Positions 27,616-37,331 of a DNA stretch of 64,000 bases are shown here, piece by piece. The DNA lies in NCBI GenBank assembly GCA_964572225.1, contig CAZNFR010000002.1, forward strand, positions 2,924 through 66,923, read 5' to 3'. Position 1 is the first letter of the stretch, and the number at the start of each line of letters is the position of its first letter. The position numbers were made by a program, and so were the translations under genes. This DNA comes from an uncultured Bacteroidaceae bacterium (GTDB taxonomy: Bacteria > Bacteroidota > Bacteroidia > Bacteroidales > GCA-2748055). Under the pieces are notes generated by a model. The model was given only the letters and a program-made list of their open reading frames with translations. It had not been told where the DNA came from and made no database searches.

Positions 27616-28428
27616 CTAAACCTTTTTCTCTCTGAAGTTGGTACTTTCAAAAATTTTATCTGCAGATCCTGCAATAAAGCCTGTAAATAACTCTCCTTTC
27701 TCATTTTTATAACGCTCGGCAAATTCATAATAACAAGCAGGAATTTGATGTTTTCCCTCTTCGAACTCAATTTCCACGATATCCGCAAGTGTGCTTGATT
27801 GCCTAAGGAGCTGTTTTTGAGTCCCTTTAATTTCTCCGCCGGAGGTATTCAGGGAATATCCTGTATCTTTCAGAAGCTGGTTTACTTTTTCCAGGTTATT
27901 ATACTTTTGAAGATAATTCACGCTTACAGTAAAGTGATTTGCACAAAAACCAAATACGTAGAGCCAGGCAGCATATTCCGAATCCTCTCTAAGGGAAGTG
28001 TAGGTTTTGAACGAAGGTACCCCGAAAACATTCCCTGAAAAAATGAGTTCTCTGCTGTTAAAAATCTGTGGGTCTGCAATATCCAGGATGGTTTTTACGG
28101 TCTCCCTAAGAAAAGGAGAAAACCGGTCTGTTTTTAGCTGACTTATAAATACTTTTGGAGCTTTGGGCTCCCCGGGCAGTTCAAAGTGCTTTGCATACAG
28201 GTTTTTAACCGGAAATTCGTATTCACCTGATTCCACATACCCGTTTTCAGTGAAAATTCTGGAAAGTACATCGATATTTACCCTGGAATCATCAAAAGTC
28301 CGGAAGGCAATATGATCATTTATCACCTCCTCCCCTTTCAGATGAAAAAGCCTGTGAATACCATCGGCAGAAGGATTTAGTCGGGAGTACTGATCCCACA
28401 AACGTTTAAAAATATCTGTTAATTCCAT
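27616..28428 (-). CDS. DUF1338 family protein (2-oxoadipate dioxygenase/decarboxylase HglS-like)
   Basis: 270 aa. N-terminal IFKRLWDQYSRLNP...VINDHIAFRTF signature, and the size and layout typical of DUF1338/YdcJ/HglS. Confidence 0.7.
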   Translation of the reverse strand: MELTDIFKRLWDQYSRLNPSADGIHRLFHLKGEEVINDHIAFRTFDDSRVNIDVLSRIFTENGYVESGEYEFPVKNLYAKHFELPGEPKAPKVFISQLKTDRFSPFLRETVKTILDIADPQIFNSRELIFSGNVFGVPSFKTYTSLREDSEYAAWLYVFGFCANHFTVSVNYLQKYNNLEKVNQLLKDTGYSLNTSGGEIKGTQKQLLRQSSTLADIVEIEFEEGKHQIPACYYEFAERYKNEKGELFTGFIAGSADKIFESTNFREKKV

Positions 28429-28736
28429 GGGTTGGTATTTTAGTGGATACTACAAAAAACAAATCTAATTCAAAATCTTTTTTTGTAACTGAATTATCCA
28501 GGAAGGGACCTCCGCTTTCCCCCTAAAAGGTATGGACTATCCAGTTTTTTGAGATTTCGTTCGACAATTGAAATTTAATACAATAAACATATGAAACATT
28601 GGAAATGATCACGCCGTAGTATTGTTGTACAGCAGAAATCATACTTGACATAAATCATCTTTTTCCTGTAATTACCTTCAAATTTTTTGATTAATTTTAA
28701 AACAAAATACAACTTCCCTTAATTAATTGATAATCA

Positions 28737-29738
28737 ATGAATTTAATAAGTCAGATAAAAGAAAAAGCTAAACAACACAAGCGTCTTATTGTTTTACCGG
28801 AGGCGGATGAAGAAAGAACTTTAATGGCTGCCGACCTTATTCTTGGGGAAGGAATTGCCGACCTGATTTTGCTGGGTGATCCTGATCAGATCCGCTCAGA
28901 AGCCAAACAAAAGAGCCTGACCTATATTGCATCTGCAACCATTGTAAATCCTCTTTCCCATTCAAAAATGGAGGAGTATATTGATTTAATGCTGAAACTT
29001 CGAAGCAGCAAGGGGTTGACAGAAGAGGAAGCCAGAAATCTGATTCAGGATCCCTTATATTTATCTACCCTTATGATCAAAGCGGGAGACGCGGACGGTG
29101 AAGTTGCGGGTGCAAAAAATGCTACCGGGGACGTACTCAGACCCGCCTTTCAGTATGTAAAAACCATGCCGGGCATTAGCGTTGTATCTGGTGCATTCAT
29201 TATGATTCTCAAGAACAAGCAATTTGGAGAGGATGGGGTTATGATCTTTGCGGATTGTGCTGTTCATCCGGACCCGGATGCGAATCAGCTCGCTGAGATA
29301 GCCGTAGCTACGGGTAAAACGACACGTGCTATTGCCGGATTTGAGCCCAGGATCGCCATGTTAAGCTTTTCCACTAAGGGGAGTGCCAATCATGCATTGG
29401 TAGATAAAGTGGTTCGTGCCACGGAGATTGCCAGGAAAATGGCCCCTGATATGATGATTGATGGTGAATTGCAAGCGGATGCTGCAATTATTGAAGCGAT
29501 TGGACGATCAAAGGCTCCGGGATCTGATATCGCGGGCAGGGCAAATGTTCTGGTGTTTCCCGGACTTGAGACGGGTAACATAGCTTATAAACTGGTGCAA
29601 AGGCTGGCTGATGCGGAAGCAGTTGGACCCGTTCTTCAGGGAATGGCTGCTCCGATTAATGATCTCTCGCGTGGATGTTCAGTGGATGATATAGTCAACC
29701 TGGTCGCCATAACCTCAACACAGGCTTCCGGAAAATAA
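28737..29738 (+). CDS. pta: phosphate acetyltransferase (short form)
   Basis: Collinear with roughly 325-aa Pta proteins (RPAFQYVKT, FADCAV, MLSFSTKGSA, DGELQADAA, VFPGLETGNIAYK, GPVLQG, NDLSRGC). Confidence 0.9.
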   Translation: MNLISQIKEKAKQHKRLIVLPEADEERTLMAADLILGEGIADLILLGDPDQIRSEAKQKSLTYIASATIVNPLSHSKMEEYIDLMLKLRSSKGLTEEEARNLIQDPLYLSTLMIKAGDADGEVAGAKNATGDVLRPAFQYVKTMPGISVVSGAFIMILKNKQFGEDGVMIFADCAVHPDPDANQLAEIAVATGKTTRAIAGFEPRIAMLSFSTKGSANHALVDKVVRATEIARKMAPDMMIDGELQADAAIIEAIGRSKAPGSDIAGRANVLVFPGLETGNIAYKLVQRLADAEAVGPVLQGMAAPINDLSRGCSVDDIVNLVAITSTQASGK

Positions 29739-29754
29739 CATAAACTCATATAAT

Positions 29755-30720
29755 ATGTCAGAAAGATTAGAAGATTTTGCTCTAAGCAAAACCATCTCCC
29801 AAAAAAAAGGAACCATTCAAAAAGTAGCTGTAATAGGCTGCGGCAGTATGGGCCAGGAAATTACAAGAATCATTTCCCAATTTGGAATGGAGGTTATCTA
29901 CCTGGATCTCAATGAAGAAAGAGTGGCTGAAGTTGCGCAGGAAATTGAAAAGCAACTGGATGAGATGATCAACAAGTGGGGGCTTACCGAAGGAGAAAAA
30001 CGTGTAATCCTTTCCAGAATGAAAGGAACCATTGATTACAAAGAAATCAGGGATGTGGATCTGGTGATAGAAACCATTAATTCCAAAAAGCCCGGAACCA
30101 ATATTGAGATAAGGAAAGAAGTATTTAAAAAGGTAGAGGAAGTGGTGAAAGAAGACACGGTTATTACTTCCAATAACTCCACCCTTATGATTTCGGATCT
30201 GGCAGGTGTGTTAAAACATCCGGAACGGGCGGTAGGTTTACACTTTATTCCTCCTGCCAATCAGATAAAGGTGGTTGAAGTAGTGCGTGGCCTCGAAACC
30301 AACGATATTTCCTACGAATTTGTATTGAGGTTTGCGAAAATGATCGATAAAACTGCCATTACCCTGCATGAATCCCCTGGTCACATAAGCAGTCGGCTTA
30401 TCGTCACTTTGATTAATGAAGCCTGTGAGGTACTCATGGAAGGTGTTGCATCCGTAAAATGCATTGATGTTACTATGAAGATGGGATATGGCCTAATGTT
30501 CGGTCCCTTTGAAATGGCGGATCGCATTGGATTGGATAAACTTCTTAAATGGATGGACAACCTTTATGCAGAATTCGGCACTCAGAAATTTAAAGCGTCT
30601 CCAATTGTAAAGCGTTTGGTAAGAGCAGGATACCTTGGAAAGAAAAGCGGAAAGGGTTTCTATAAATATGTGGATGGAAAGATCATAAGTCAGGCCATAA
30701 CCGCAACGGAATTCAATTAG
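29755..30720 (+). CDS. 3-hydroxyacyl-CoA (3-hydroxybutyryl-CoA-type) dehydrogenase
   Basis: Rossmann motif VAVIGCGSMGQEI, NSSTL, HFIPPA, and a C-terminal 3HCDH domain (PGHISSRL..., GPFEMADRIGLD). Confidence 0.85.
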   Translation: MSERLEDFALSKTISQKKGTIQKVAVIGCGSMGQEITRIISQFGMEVIYLDLNEERVAEVAQEIEKQLDEMINKWGLTEGEKRVILSRMKGTIDYKEIRDVDLVIETINSKKPGTNIEIRKEVFKKVEEVVKEDTVITSNNSTLMISDLAGVLKHPERAVGLHFIPPANQIKVVEVVRGLETNDISYEFVLRFAKMIDKTAITLHESPGHISSRLIVTLINEACEVLMEGVASVKCIDVTMKMGYGLMFGPFEMADRIGLDKLLKWMDNLYAEFGTQKFKASPIVKRLVRAGYLGKKSGKGFYKYVDGKIISQAITATEFN

Positions 30721-30791
30721 TGAAAGCTTATTTGGCATTACCAACTACTCGTCACTTTTATTAAATATCAGCACTGAAAATAAATTCGAAT

Positions 30792-31994
30792 ATGAAAATT
30801 ATAGTTCTTAATTGTGGGAGTTCTTCGATAAAATATCAACTTTTCAATATGGAGAATGCCTCTGTTCTTGCAAAGGGAGTGGCAGAGAAAATTGGTCTCC
30901 ATGGTTCCTTCGTAAAACACGAAAAAGAGGACGGAACGAAGGTAAAACTTGAGGGAGAGATCATGGATCACCAGCAAGGAATTGAATATATCCTGGGCAT
31001 TCTGAAAAGTGAAAAATACGGTTGTCTGAAGAGTTTTGACGAGATTAATGCGGTTGGGCACAGGGTTGTACATGGTGGGGAAACCTTCAGCGGAAGTGTT
31101 CTGATCACAGACCAGGTTATTGAAAAAATGAAGGAATGCATTGATTTAGCCCCTCTCCATAATCCTCCAAACCTTAAAGGGATTTACGCCATGCAGGCAC
31201 TTCTTCCCAATGTAAAGCAGGTAGGGACTTTTGATACTGCATTTCACCAAACCATGCCCGTACACGCCTATATGTATGCCATACCTTATTCCCTCTACAC
31301 AAAATACGGATTGAGAAGATATGGTTTTCATGGTTCCAGTCACCGTTTTGTTTCCGGCAAGGCTGCCACTCTCCTGGGCAAAGACATTAAGGAGCTCAGG
31401 CTCATTACCTGCCACCTGGGTAACGGGGCTTCCATTGCTGCGATAAAACAGGGAATATCGGTAGATACTTCCATGGGTCTTACACCTGTGGAAGGTCTGA
31501 TTATGGGTACCCGCACCGGCGATCTTGACCTTGGGGTATTACTTTACATCATGCAAAAAGAAGGGATTGACTCACAAACTGCCAATACCCTGGTAAACAA
31601 GCACAGTGGTATGTTGGGGGTTACAGGGGTTTCTTCAGACATGCGGGAGATAGAAGATGCTTTGGAGAAGGGTAATGAACGTGCAAAAATCGGACTGGAT
31701 ATGTACCATTACCGGATTAAAAAATATATCGGAGCATATGCAGCAGCCATGGGTGGAGTAGATGCCATCATTTTTACCGGGGGCGTAGGGGAAAATGGCC
31801 CTGAAAGCCGGGAAGAAATATGCAGGGATATGGAGTTTCTGGGTGTGGATTTTGATTTTGAAAAAAACCGGGGAATGCGTGGAAAAGTAGTGGAATTAAC
31901 CCGGGAGAATTCAAAGGTTAAGGTACTGGTAATCCCCACAAATGAAGAACTTGTTATTGCCACCGACACCGAGGAGATTGTAAATAACTCATGA
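30792..31994 (+). CDS. ackA: acetate kinase
   Basis: MKIIVLNCGSSSIKYQLF, GHRVVHGG, AFHQTMP, YGFHGSSH and IFTGGVGENG. Confidence 0.95.
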   Translation: MKIIVLNCGSSSIKYQLFNMENASVLAKGVAEKIGLHGSFVKHEKEDGTKVKLEGEIMDHQQGIEYILGILKSEKYGCLKSFDEINAVGHRVVHGGETFSGSVLITDQVIEKMKECIDLAPLHNPPNLKGIYAMQALLPNVKQVGTFDTAFHQTMPVHAYMYAIPYSLYTKYGLRRYGFHGSSHRFVSGKAATLLGKDIKELRLITCHLGNGASIAAIKQGISVDTSMGLTPVEGLIMGTRTGDLDLGVLLYIMQKEGIDSQTANTLVNKHSGMLGVTGVSSDMREIEDALEKGNERAKIGLDMYHYRIKKYIGAYAAAMGGVDAIIFTGGVGENGPESREEICRDMEFLGVDFDFEKNRGMRGKVVELTRENSKVKVLVIPTNEELVIATDTEEIVNNS

Positions 31995-31998
31995 GCGG

Positions 31999-32895
31999 AT
32001 GGAACTAACACGGCTTGAAGAAATAAAAGAAATCGCCATAAAACGGGAAACTCGCCGACTGGTTGTGGCTGCCGGTGAGGATAGTGCCGTACTTAAAGCC
32101 CTGATAGCAGCAAAAGATCTGGATATCGTTATTCCTGTTTTAACCGGTAATGAACAAAAAATCAGGAGCATAGCTGAAGAATCCGGCCTTAACCTTTCCG
32201 ACATCAAAATAATTCACGAACCTGATCCTGTCCAGTCAGGAAAGCTGGCAGTTCAACAAATTAGAGAAGGAAAGGCGGATATCCTTATGAAGGGAAAAAT
32301 CCCTACAGCCCCTTTACTAAAAGCAGTATTAAACCGGGAGGAAGGTCTCCGAAAAAGGGATATCCTTAGTCACCTTGCGATCTTTCAGATTGATCATTAT
32401 CATAAGTTACTCGGAATAACTGATGCTGCTATGAACATCGCTCCGGGCCTTAAGGAAAAAACAGCCATTATTCAGAACGCCATTGAAGTTTTTCATGCGC
32501 TCGGAATCCTTAATCCCCGAATAGCGGCTCTGGGTCCAATAGAAACCGTAAACCCCGACATCCCCTCCACCACCGATGCAGCCCTTCTTACCCAGATGAA
32601 CCGGAGAAATCAAATTAGCAACTGCGTTATTGACGGACCTCTGGCCCTGGATAATGCGGTATCCCGGGAAGCTGCAGAACATAAAGGGATTGAATCCGAA
32701 GTTTCCGGAAAAGTTGATATATTGCTTACCCCTGATCTCAACTCAGGAAATATTCTTTACAAGTCGTTAAGTTTTCTATCGGGTGGAATCTCTGCTGCGA
32801 TTATTCTGGGCGCCAATGTACCAGTCGTACTTACTTCGAGGGCAGACAGCCAGGAAAGTAAGTTGTATTCCATAGCCCTGGCCGCGGCAATTTAA
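31999..32895 (+). CDS. ptb: phosphate butyryltransferase
   Basis: 298 aa of the PTA_PTB family in the short Ptb layout (ADILMKGKI, GITDAAMN, LDNAVS, NSGNILYKS). It lies immediately upstream of buk. Confidence 0.85.
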   Translation: MELTRLEEIKEIAIKRETRRLVVAAGEDSAVLKALIAAKDLDIVIPVLTGNEQKIRSIAEESGLNLSDIKIIHEPDPVQSGKLAVQQIREGKADILMKGKIPTAPLLKAVLNREEGLRKRDILSHLAIFQIDHYHKLLGITDAAMNIAPGLKEKTAIIQNAIEVFHALGILNPRIAALGPIETVNPDIPSTTDAALLTQMNRRNQISNCVIDGPLALDNAVSREAAEHKGIESEVSGKVDILLTPDLNSGNILYKSLSFLSGGISAAIILGANVPVVLTSRADSQESKLYSIALAAAI

Positions 32896-32906
32896 AATCT
32901 TAAACT

Positions 32907-34001
32907 ATGGCAGAAAAGCATATTCTTGCAATTAATCCCGGGTCGACCTCGACTAAAATTGCAGTATACCTTAACTCGAAAGTTGTATTTCTTAAGAGCA
33001 TTTCCCATCCTACAGAAGAGCTTGAAAAATTTTCAATGATCAGTGATCAGTATGAATACCGGAAAAAAATAATCCTCGATGAGCTGAAACTTGCCAATAT
33101 AGAGGTAAAAAAAATCGAAGCGGTTGTAGGAAGAGGCGGACTGGTAAGGCCTATCAAATCGGGAGTTTATAAGGTAAACGAAGAGATGAAAAAACATCTG
33201 AGGGAAGGAATTATGGGTGAGCATGCCAGTAATCTTGGCGGACTCATTGCTGATGATATTGCTCATTCCATTCCGGAGGCGAAAGCCTACATTGCCGACC
33301 CGGTCGTAGTCGACGAAATGAACAAAGTAGCCCGATTTACCGGGCATCCTGATTTTACCCGGGTATCCATTTTTCATGCCTTAAACCAAAAAGCCACGGC
33401 AAGGGCATATGCAAGGCTGCTCAATAAACGTTATGAAGATTTAAACCTCATCATTGCCCATATGGGAGGGGGTATTTCCGTAGGTGCACACAAGAAGGGA
33501 AGGGTAATTGATGTAAATAATGCATTGAACGGGGAAGGCCCCTTTTCTCCGGAAAGATCCGGGACACTACCTGCCGGACAACTGGTGGAGGAATGTTTCA
33601 GGGAAGGGGCGGATAAAAAGGAGATTCTGGAAAAAATTACCGGAAAAGGAGGTTTGATGGCATATTTCGGTACTAATTCTGCTTATCAGATTGAGCTGAA
33701 TGCCATGGACGGGGATGAAAAGGCAAGGTTAATTCAGGATGCCATGGCCTACCAGGTTGCAAAGGAAATCGGATCCATGGCCACCGTACTTATGGGCAAG
33801 GTGGATGGTATTATCCTCACCGGTGGTATTGCAAACAATCCCATGGTTGTAGAGTACATTAAAAAGATGACCACCTTCATTGCTCCCGTAATTATCTACC
33901 CGGGCGAGGATGAAATGCATGCCCTGGCGATGAATGGCTTAATGGTCCTCAAGGGCGAAGTCATACCCAAGGAGTATTCAGAAGAAAACTTCGTACAATA
34001 A
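32907..34001 (+). CDS. buk: butyrate kinase
   Basis: ILAINPGSTSTKIAVY, AHMGGGISVGAH, and ILTGGIANN near the C-terminus. 364 aa. Confidence 0.93.
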   Translation: MAEKHILAINPGSTSTKIAVYLNSKVVFLKSISHPTEELEKFSMISDQYEYRKKIILDELKLANIEVKKIEAVVGRGGLVRPIKSGVYKVNEEMKKHLREGIMGEHASNLGGLIADDIAHSIPEAKAYIADPVVVDEMNKVARFTGHPDFTRVSIFHALNQKATARAYARLLNKRYEDLNLIIAHMGGGISVGAHKKGRVIDVNNALNGEGPFSPERSGTLPAGQLVEECFREGADKKEILEKITGKGGLMAYFGTNSAYQIELNAMDGDEKARLIQDAMAYQVAKEIGSMATVLMGKVDGIILTGGIANNPMVVEYIKKMTTFIAPVIIYPGEDEMHALAMNGLMVLKGEVIPKEYSEENFVQ

Positions 34002-34009
34002 GGATTTTA

Positions 34010-34705
34010 TCAGGGGCTTGAAAAAGCTACGGGAATGATTCGACCGTTCATATATTTATGAGCTTCCATCGAAAAGTTGATGACATACTCTGCCATCTCA
34101 TCCGGAGTAAGCGATGCCTTGTAACCTGGAAAAGCTTCCTCCAGCATTTCCGTCTGTACCGATCCAATGCAGAGGCAATTGAACCGGATATCGTCAAACT
34201 CCTTAACCAGGCATTCTGTTAGTGCAGCAATGGCGGCTTTTGAAGCACTATAGTGTGATAAGCCCGGAAATTTCTCACTTCCCTGAAAACCTCCCATACT
34301 GCTTATGTTAACAACATGTGGATTTTCGGTTTTTCGAAGCAGGGGCACACACTCCTTAATAAGCATGGAGGGTCCGATATAGTTCACTACAAAATGATCA
34401 TAAATCATTTGATAATCCTGTTCTTCGAAGGGAACAGCCCGAAGAAAACCCGCATTATTTACGAGAATATCCAGCCTATCCGTATGCTGCATGATCGAAT
34501 TTACGAGAGTCTTGACAGAATCGGGTAAACTCAGATCCGCAGGAATAATTACCACGTTGGAATTCCCTGTTCCATCCTTAAGCAATTTTTCCATTTTGGG
34601 ACGGTTTCTGGCGGTAATGAACACCCGGTTTTTCGGATCCCTGCTTGCCTTTTTTGTCAAAGCGGCGCCAATACCCCGGCTGGCACCCGTAATAAGTATA
34701 TTCAT
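34010..34705 (-). CDS. SDR-family oxidoreductase
   Basis: ITGASRGIGAAL cofactor motif, NNAG, and catalytic YSASKAA. Confidence 0.85.
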   Translation of the reverse strand: MNILITGASRGIGAALTKKASRDPKNRVFITARNRPKMEKLLKDGTGNSNVVIIPADLSLPDSVKTLVNSIMQHTDRLDILVNNAGFLRAVPFEEQDYQMIYDHFVVNYIGPSMLIKECVPLLRKTENPHVVNISSMGGFQGSEKFPGLSHYSASKAAIAALTECLVKEFDDIRFNCLCIGSVQTEMLEEAFPGYKASLTPDEMAEYVINFSMEAHKYMNGRIIPVAFSSP

Positions 34706-34789
34706 GATTTCTTGATTTAATGGCTTATATTTATTTGTTCTTTATAAACAAAAGAACTAATTACGCACTTTATTCTGAAAACAGAAAGT

Positions 34790-35413
34790 ATGAGAAAGTA
34801 TTTTCTAAGGCTTGGCTTCGGATCTTTTATTCTTTTTTGCCTGAGTATTATTTCAATTCAACAGACTCTTGCCCAGGGGCCGTTTGAAGATGAGGCTGAT
34901 CCGCCCTCAAGATTTTTTATCGCGCCGGATCTTGGATTGGTACTGGGTAGTTATACCAAAATAGAGGTAGCCCCTTCTGTGGGTTATCAGCTGGGACCGC
35001 GGTTTGCTCTTGGTTTAGGTGGGAGGTATGAGTACTTGCGGGATCGGACCAATTTCATATTTCTGGAGGAGGTGGAGACGCATATTTATGGTATAAGGTT
35101 CTTTAGTCGTTTAACCCTGATCAAGGATTTAAGTGAATGGGTACCAATTGGAGTAATGATGGGGATTTTTGGTCATGCAGAATACGAGTTACTGAATCTT
35201 GAAAGCCAATTTTTCAGGTCGGGTGGCTTTGTAGCGGGTGATCGTTTCTGGCTGGATACCTTTTTAGCCGGAATCGGGTTAAGTCAGCGCACAGGTTATG
35301 CAACCTCCTTTAATATTATGGTATTATGGGACCTGAATAATACCTCCAGCTCACCCTATATAAATCCGATAGTTCGCTTCGGAATGCAGATCTATCTAAA
35401 TACCGGAAGATAA
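34790..35413 (+). CDS. secreted hypothetical protein, probably a small outer-membrane beta-barrel
   Basis: Signal peptide (...IQQTLAQG), then alternating-hydrophobicity strands with Gly/aromatic-rich turns. Confidence 0.55.
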   Translation: MRKYFLRLGFGSFILFCLSIISIQQTLAQGPFEDEADPPSRFFIAPDLGLVLGSYTKIEVAPSVGYQLGPRFALGLGGRYEYLRDRTNFIFLEEVETHIYGIRFFSRLTLIKDLSEWVPIGVMMGIFGHAEYELLNLESQFFRSGGFVAGDRFWLDTFLAGIGLSQRTGYATSFNIMVLWDLNNTSSSPYINPIVRFGMQIYLNTGR

Positions 35414-36630
35414 TGAGCGCATATGAACTAATCATTGCAGGGTCCTTTTTGATCATCCTGAGTTACTTATTTAACATAATAGCCAGGAATACCGGGGTTC
35501 CGAGTATTATTTTCCTGATAGGAACCGGTATCGTTATAAAAATTCTTTTACCCGTACTTGATGTGCCTGATTTTGACTTTCAGGCAATTCTCGAGGTTCT
35601 GGGGATAATCGGGTTGATCATGATCGTCCTGGAAGCCTCCCTGGACCTGAAGATAAGTAAGGAGAAGAAAACGGTGATCACACGATCCTTCAGTATAGCA
35701 CTATTGTCGCTGATGGTTACCGGGATCCTTGTTTCCTTTATTATCAGTTTTTACCTGGAAACCTCATTTCTTTCTGCCTTGGTTTATGCTTTACCTTTAT
35801 CCATCATTAGCAGTGCGATTGTCATCCCCAGCACTTCGGAGCTCCCCCCGGATAAAAAAGAGTTCCTGATTTACGAAAGTACTTTTTCCGATATAATGGG
35901 GATCATGCTTTTTTATTTTCTGCTGGAGAGTAAAACATCCGGGGGATTCTGGGATTTGAGTTTACATATACTTCTAAGCCTGGTGGTGACGATAATCATC
36001 TCATTTACTCTGAGTTACCTACTCATATTTATTTTTCAGAACATTAAATCAAATGTAAAATTGTTCTTGTTGATCTCCACTCTGATCCTACTTTATTCAA
36101 TCGCCAAAATTATCAAATTATCCTCTCTCCTGCTAATCCTTGTTTTTGGTTTGATCCTTGAAAACCGGCGGTTTTTTTTCCGGGGGAAGCTTCGTGATCT
36201 GATCAAGGAAGATTCGCTCAGGGAAATCAGTAAAGATTTTCGGATTCTCACCCTTGAATCCTCCTTTGTGGTCAGAACCTTTTTTTTCATTCTTTTCGGA
36301 ATTGCGCTGAGTCCGGGAAGCATATTTGACCCAAGGGTCTGGCTGGTAAGTCTGATGGTCCTTATTGCCATTTACGGAGTCAGGTTTGTTATCCTGAAGG
36401 TATTGCATATCAAAACCCTTTTCCCTGAACTACTCCTTGCGCCCCGGGGGTTAATTACCATTTTATTATTCTATGCCATACCCGAAGAATTTGTTAATGA
36501 CCAATTCAATCCTGGTATATTGTTGATGGTAATTATTGTCTCCAGTCTTGCCATGACCTGGTCGTTGGTACTTGCGAAACGACGAAATAAGCTGGAGGTG
36601 AATTTTCCGGAACAGGATGATACTAAATAA
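35413..36630 (+). CDS. cation:proton antiporter (Na+/H+ exchanger family)
   Basis: 405 aa with 10-12 TM helices and CPA-like N-terminal helices. The start ATG shares one base with the preceding TAA (TAATG). Confidence 0.75.
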   Translation: MSAYELIIAGSFLIILSYLFNIIARNTGVPSIIFLIGTGIVIKILLPVLDVPDFDFQAILEVLGIIGLIMIVLEASLDLKISKEKKTVITRSFSIALLSLMVTGILVSFIISFYLETSFLSALVYALPLSIISSAIVIPSTSELPPDKKEFLIYESTFSDIMGIMLFYFLLESKTSGGFWDLSLHILLSLVVTIIISFTLSYLLIFIFQNIKSNVKLFLLISTLILLYSIAKIIKLSSLLLILVFGLILENRRFFFRGKLRDLIKEDSLREISKDFRILTLESSFVVRTFFFILFGIALSPGSIFDPRVWLVSLMVLIAIYGVRFVILKVLHIKTLFPELLLAPRGLITILLFYAIPEEFVNDQFNPGILLMVIIVSSLAMTWSLVLAKRRNKLEVNFPEQDDTK

Positions 36631-36730
36631 AATGACCCTACTGTTAATCTTTATTTAACAGGATGTAGTTTTGAAAATAGAGAATAAAACGCGTTATTTG
36701 TCGATTAATCGAATCATAAAGAAATAAAAG

Positions 36731-37279
36731 ATGATAGTTGAAGTCAAAAAAGTAATTTCACTGGTTTACGAGTTAAGGCAGGATAATCAACAGGGAGAGA
36801 TTGTAGAAGCCTTATCGGATGACAAACCCTTAACTTTTTTATACGGTACAGGAAATTTATTGCCCAAATTTGAAGCAAATCTTGCCGGATTAAAAGTTGG
36901 AGATCCCTTTGAATTCAGGCTAAACAGCTCGGATGCATACGGTGATGTACAGGATAATGCCGTTGTGGATGTTCCGGTCTCAGTTTTTGAGGTAGATGGA
37001 AGTGTGGATGAGAACCTTCTTAAGATTGGAAATACCATACCCATGCTTGATCGTGAAGGAAGGAGGCTGAATGGCACCGTAACAGAAATTGGAGGGGAGA
37101 CTGTCAAGATGGATTTCAATCACCCGATGGCAGGGAAAGATCTGTACTTCAAGGGATCAATTACGGAAATAAGGGAAGCCACTCAGGAAGAACTTGAGCA
37201 TGGTCATGTGCATTCCCATGGTGGTTGTGAAGGCTGTGACAAGGAAGATTGTCATGGAAAACATGATCATCACCATTAG
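36731..37279 (+). CDS. slyD: FKBP-type peptidyl-prolyl isomerase SlyD-like with a His/Cys-rich metal-binding tail
   Basis: FKBP core with an IF insert (PLTFLYGTGNLLPKFE, LAGLKVGD, NHPMAGKDLYF) and the tail HGHVHSHGGCEGCDKEDCHGKHDHHH. Confidence 0.85.
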   Translation: MIVEVKKVISLVYELRQDNQQGEIVEALSDDKPLTFLYGTGNLLPKFEANLAGLKVGDPFEFRLNSSDAYGDVQDNAVVDVPVSVFEVDGSVDENLLKIGNTIPMLDREGRRLNGTVTEIGGETVKMDFNHPMAGKDLYFKGSITEIREATQEELEHGHVHSHGGCEGCDKEDCHGKHDHHH

Positions 37280-37302
37280 GATGATCTATTAAATTATATC
37301 TT

Positions 37303-37331
37303 GCCCGGGTCGAACAGCCCGGGTTTTTTTT
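37303..37331 (+). terminator. rho-independent terminator after slyD
   Basis: GCCCGGG-tcgaaca-GCCCGGG hairpin (CCCGGG pairs with CCCGGG) followed by eight T. The T-tract overlaps the stop codon of the convergent gene. Confidence 0.7.
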
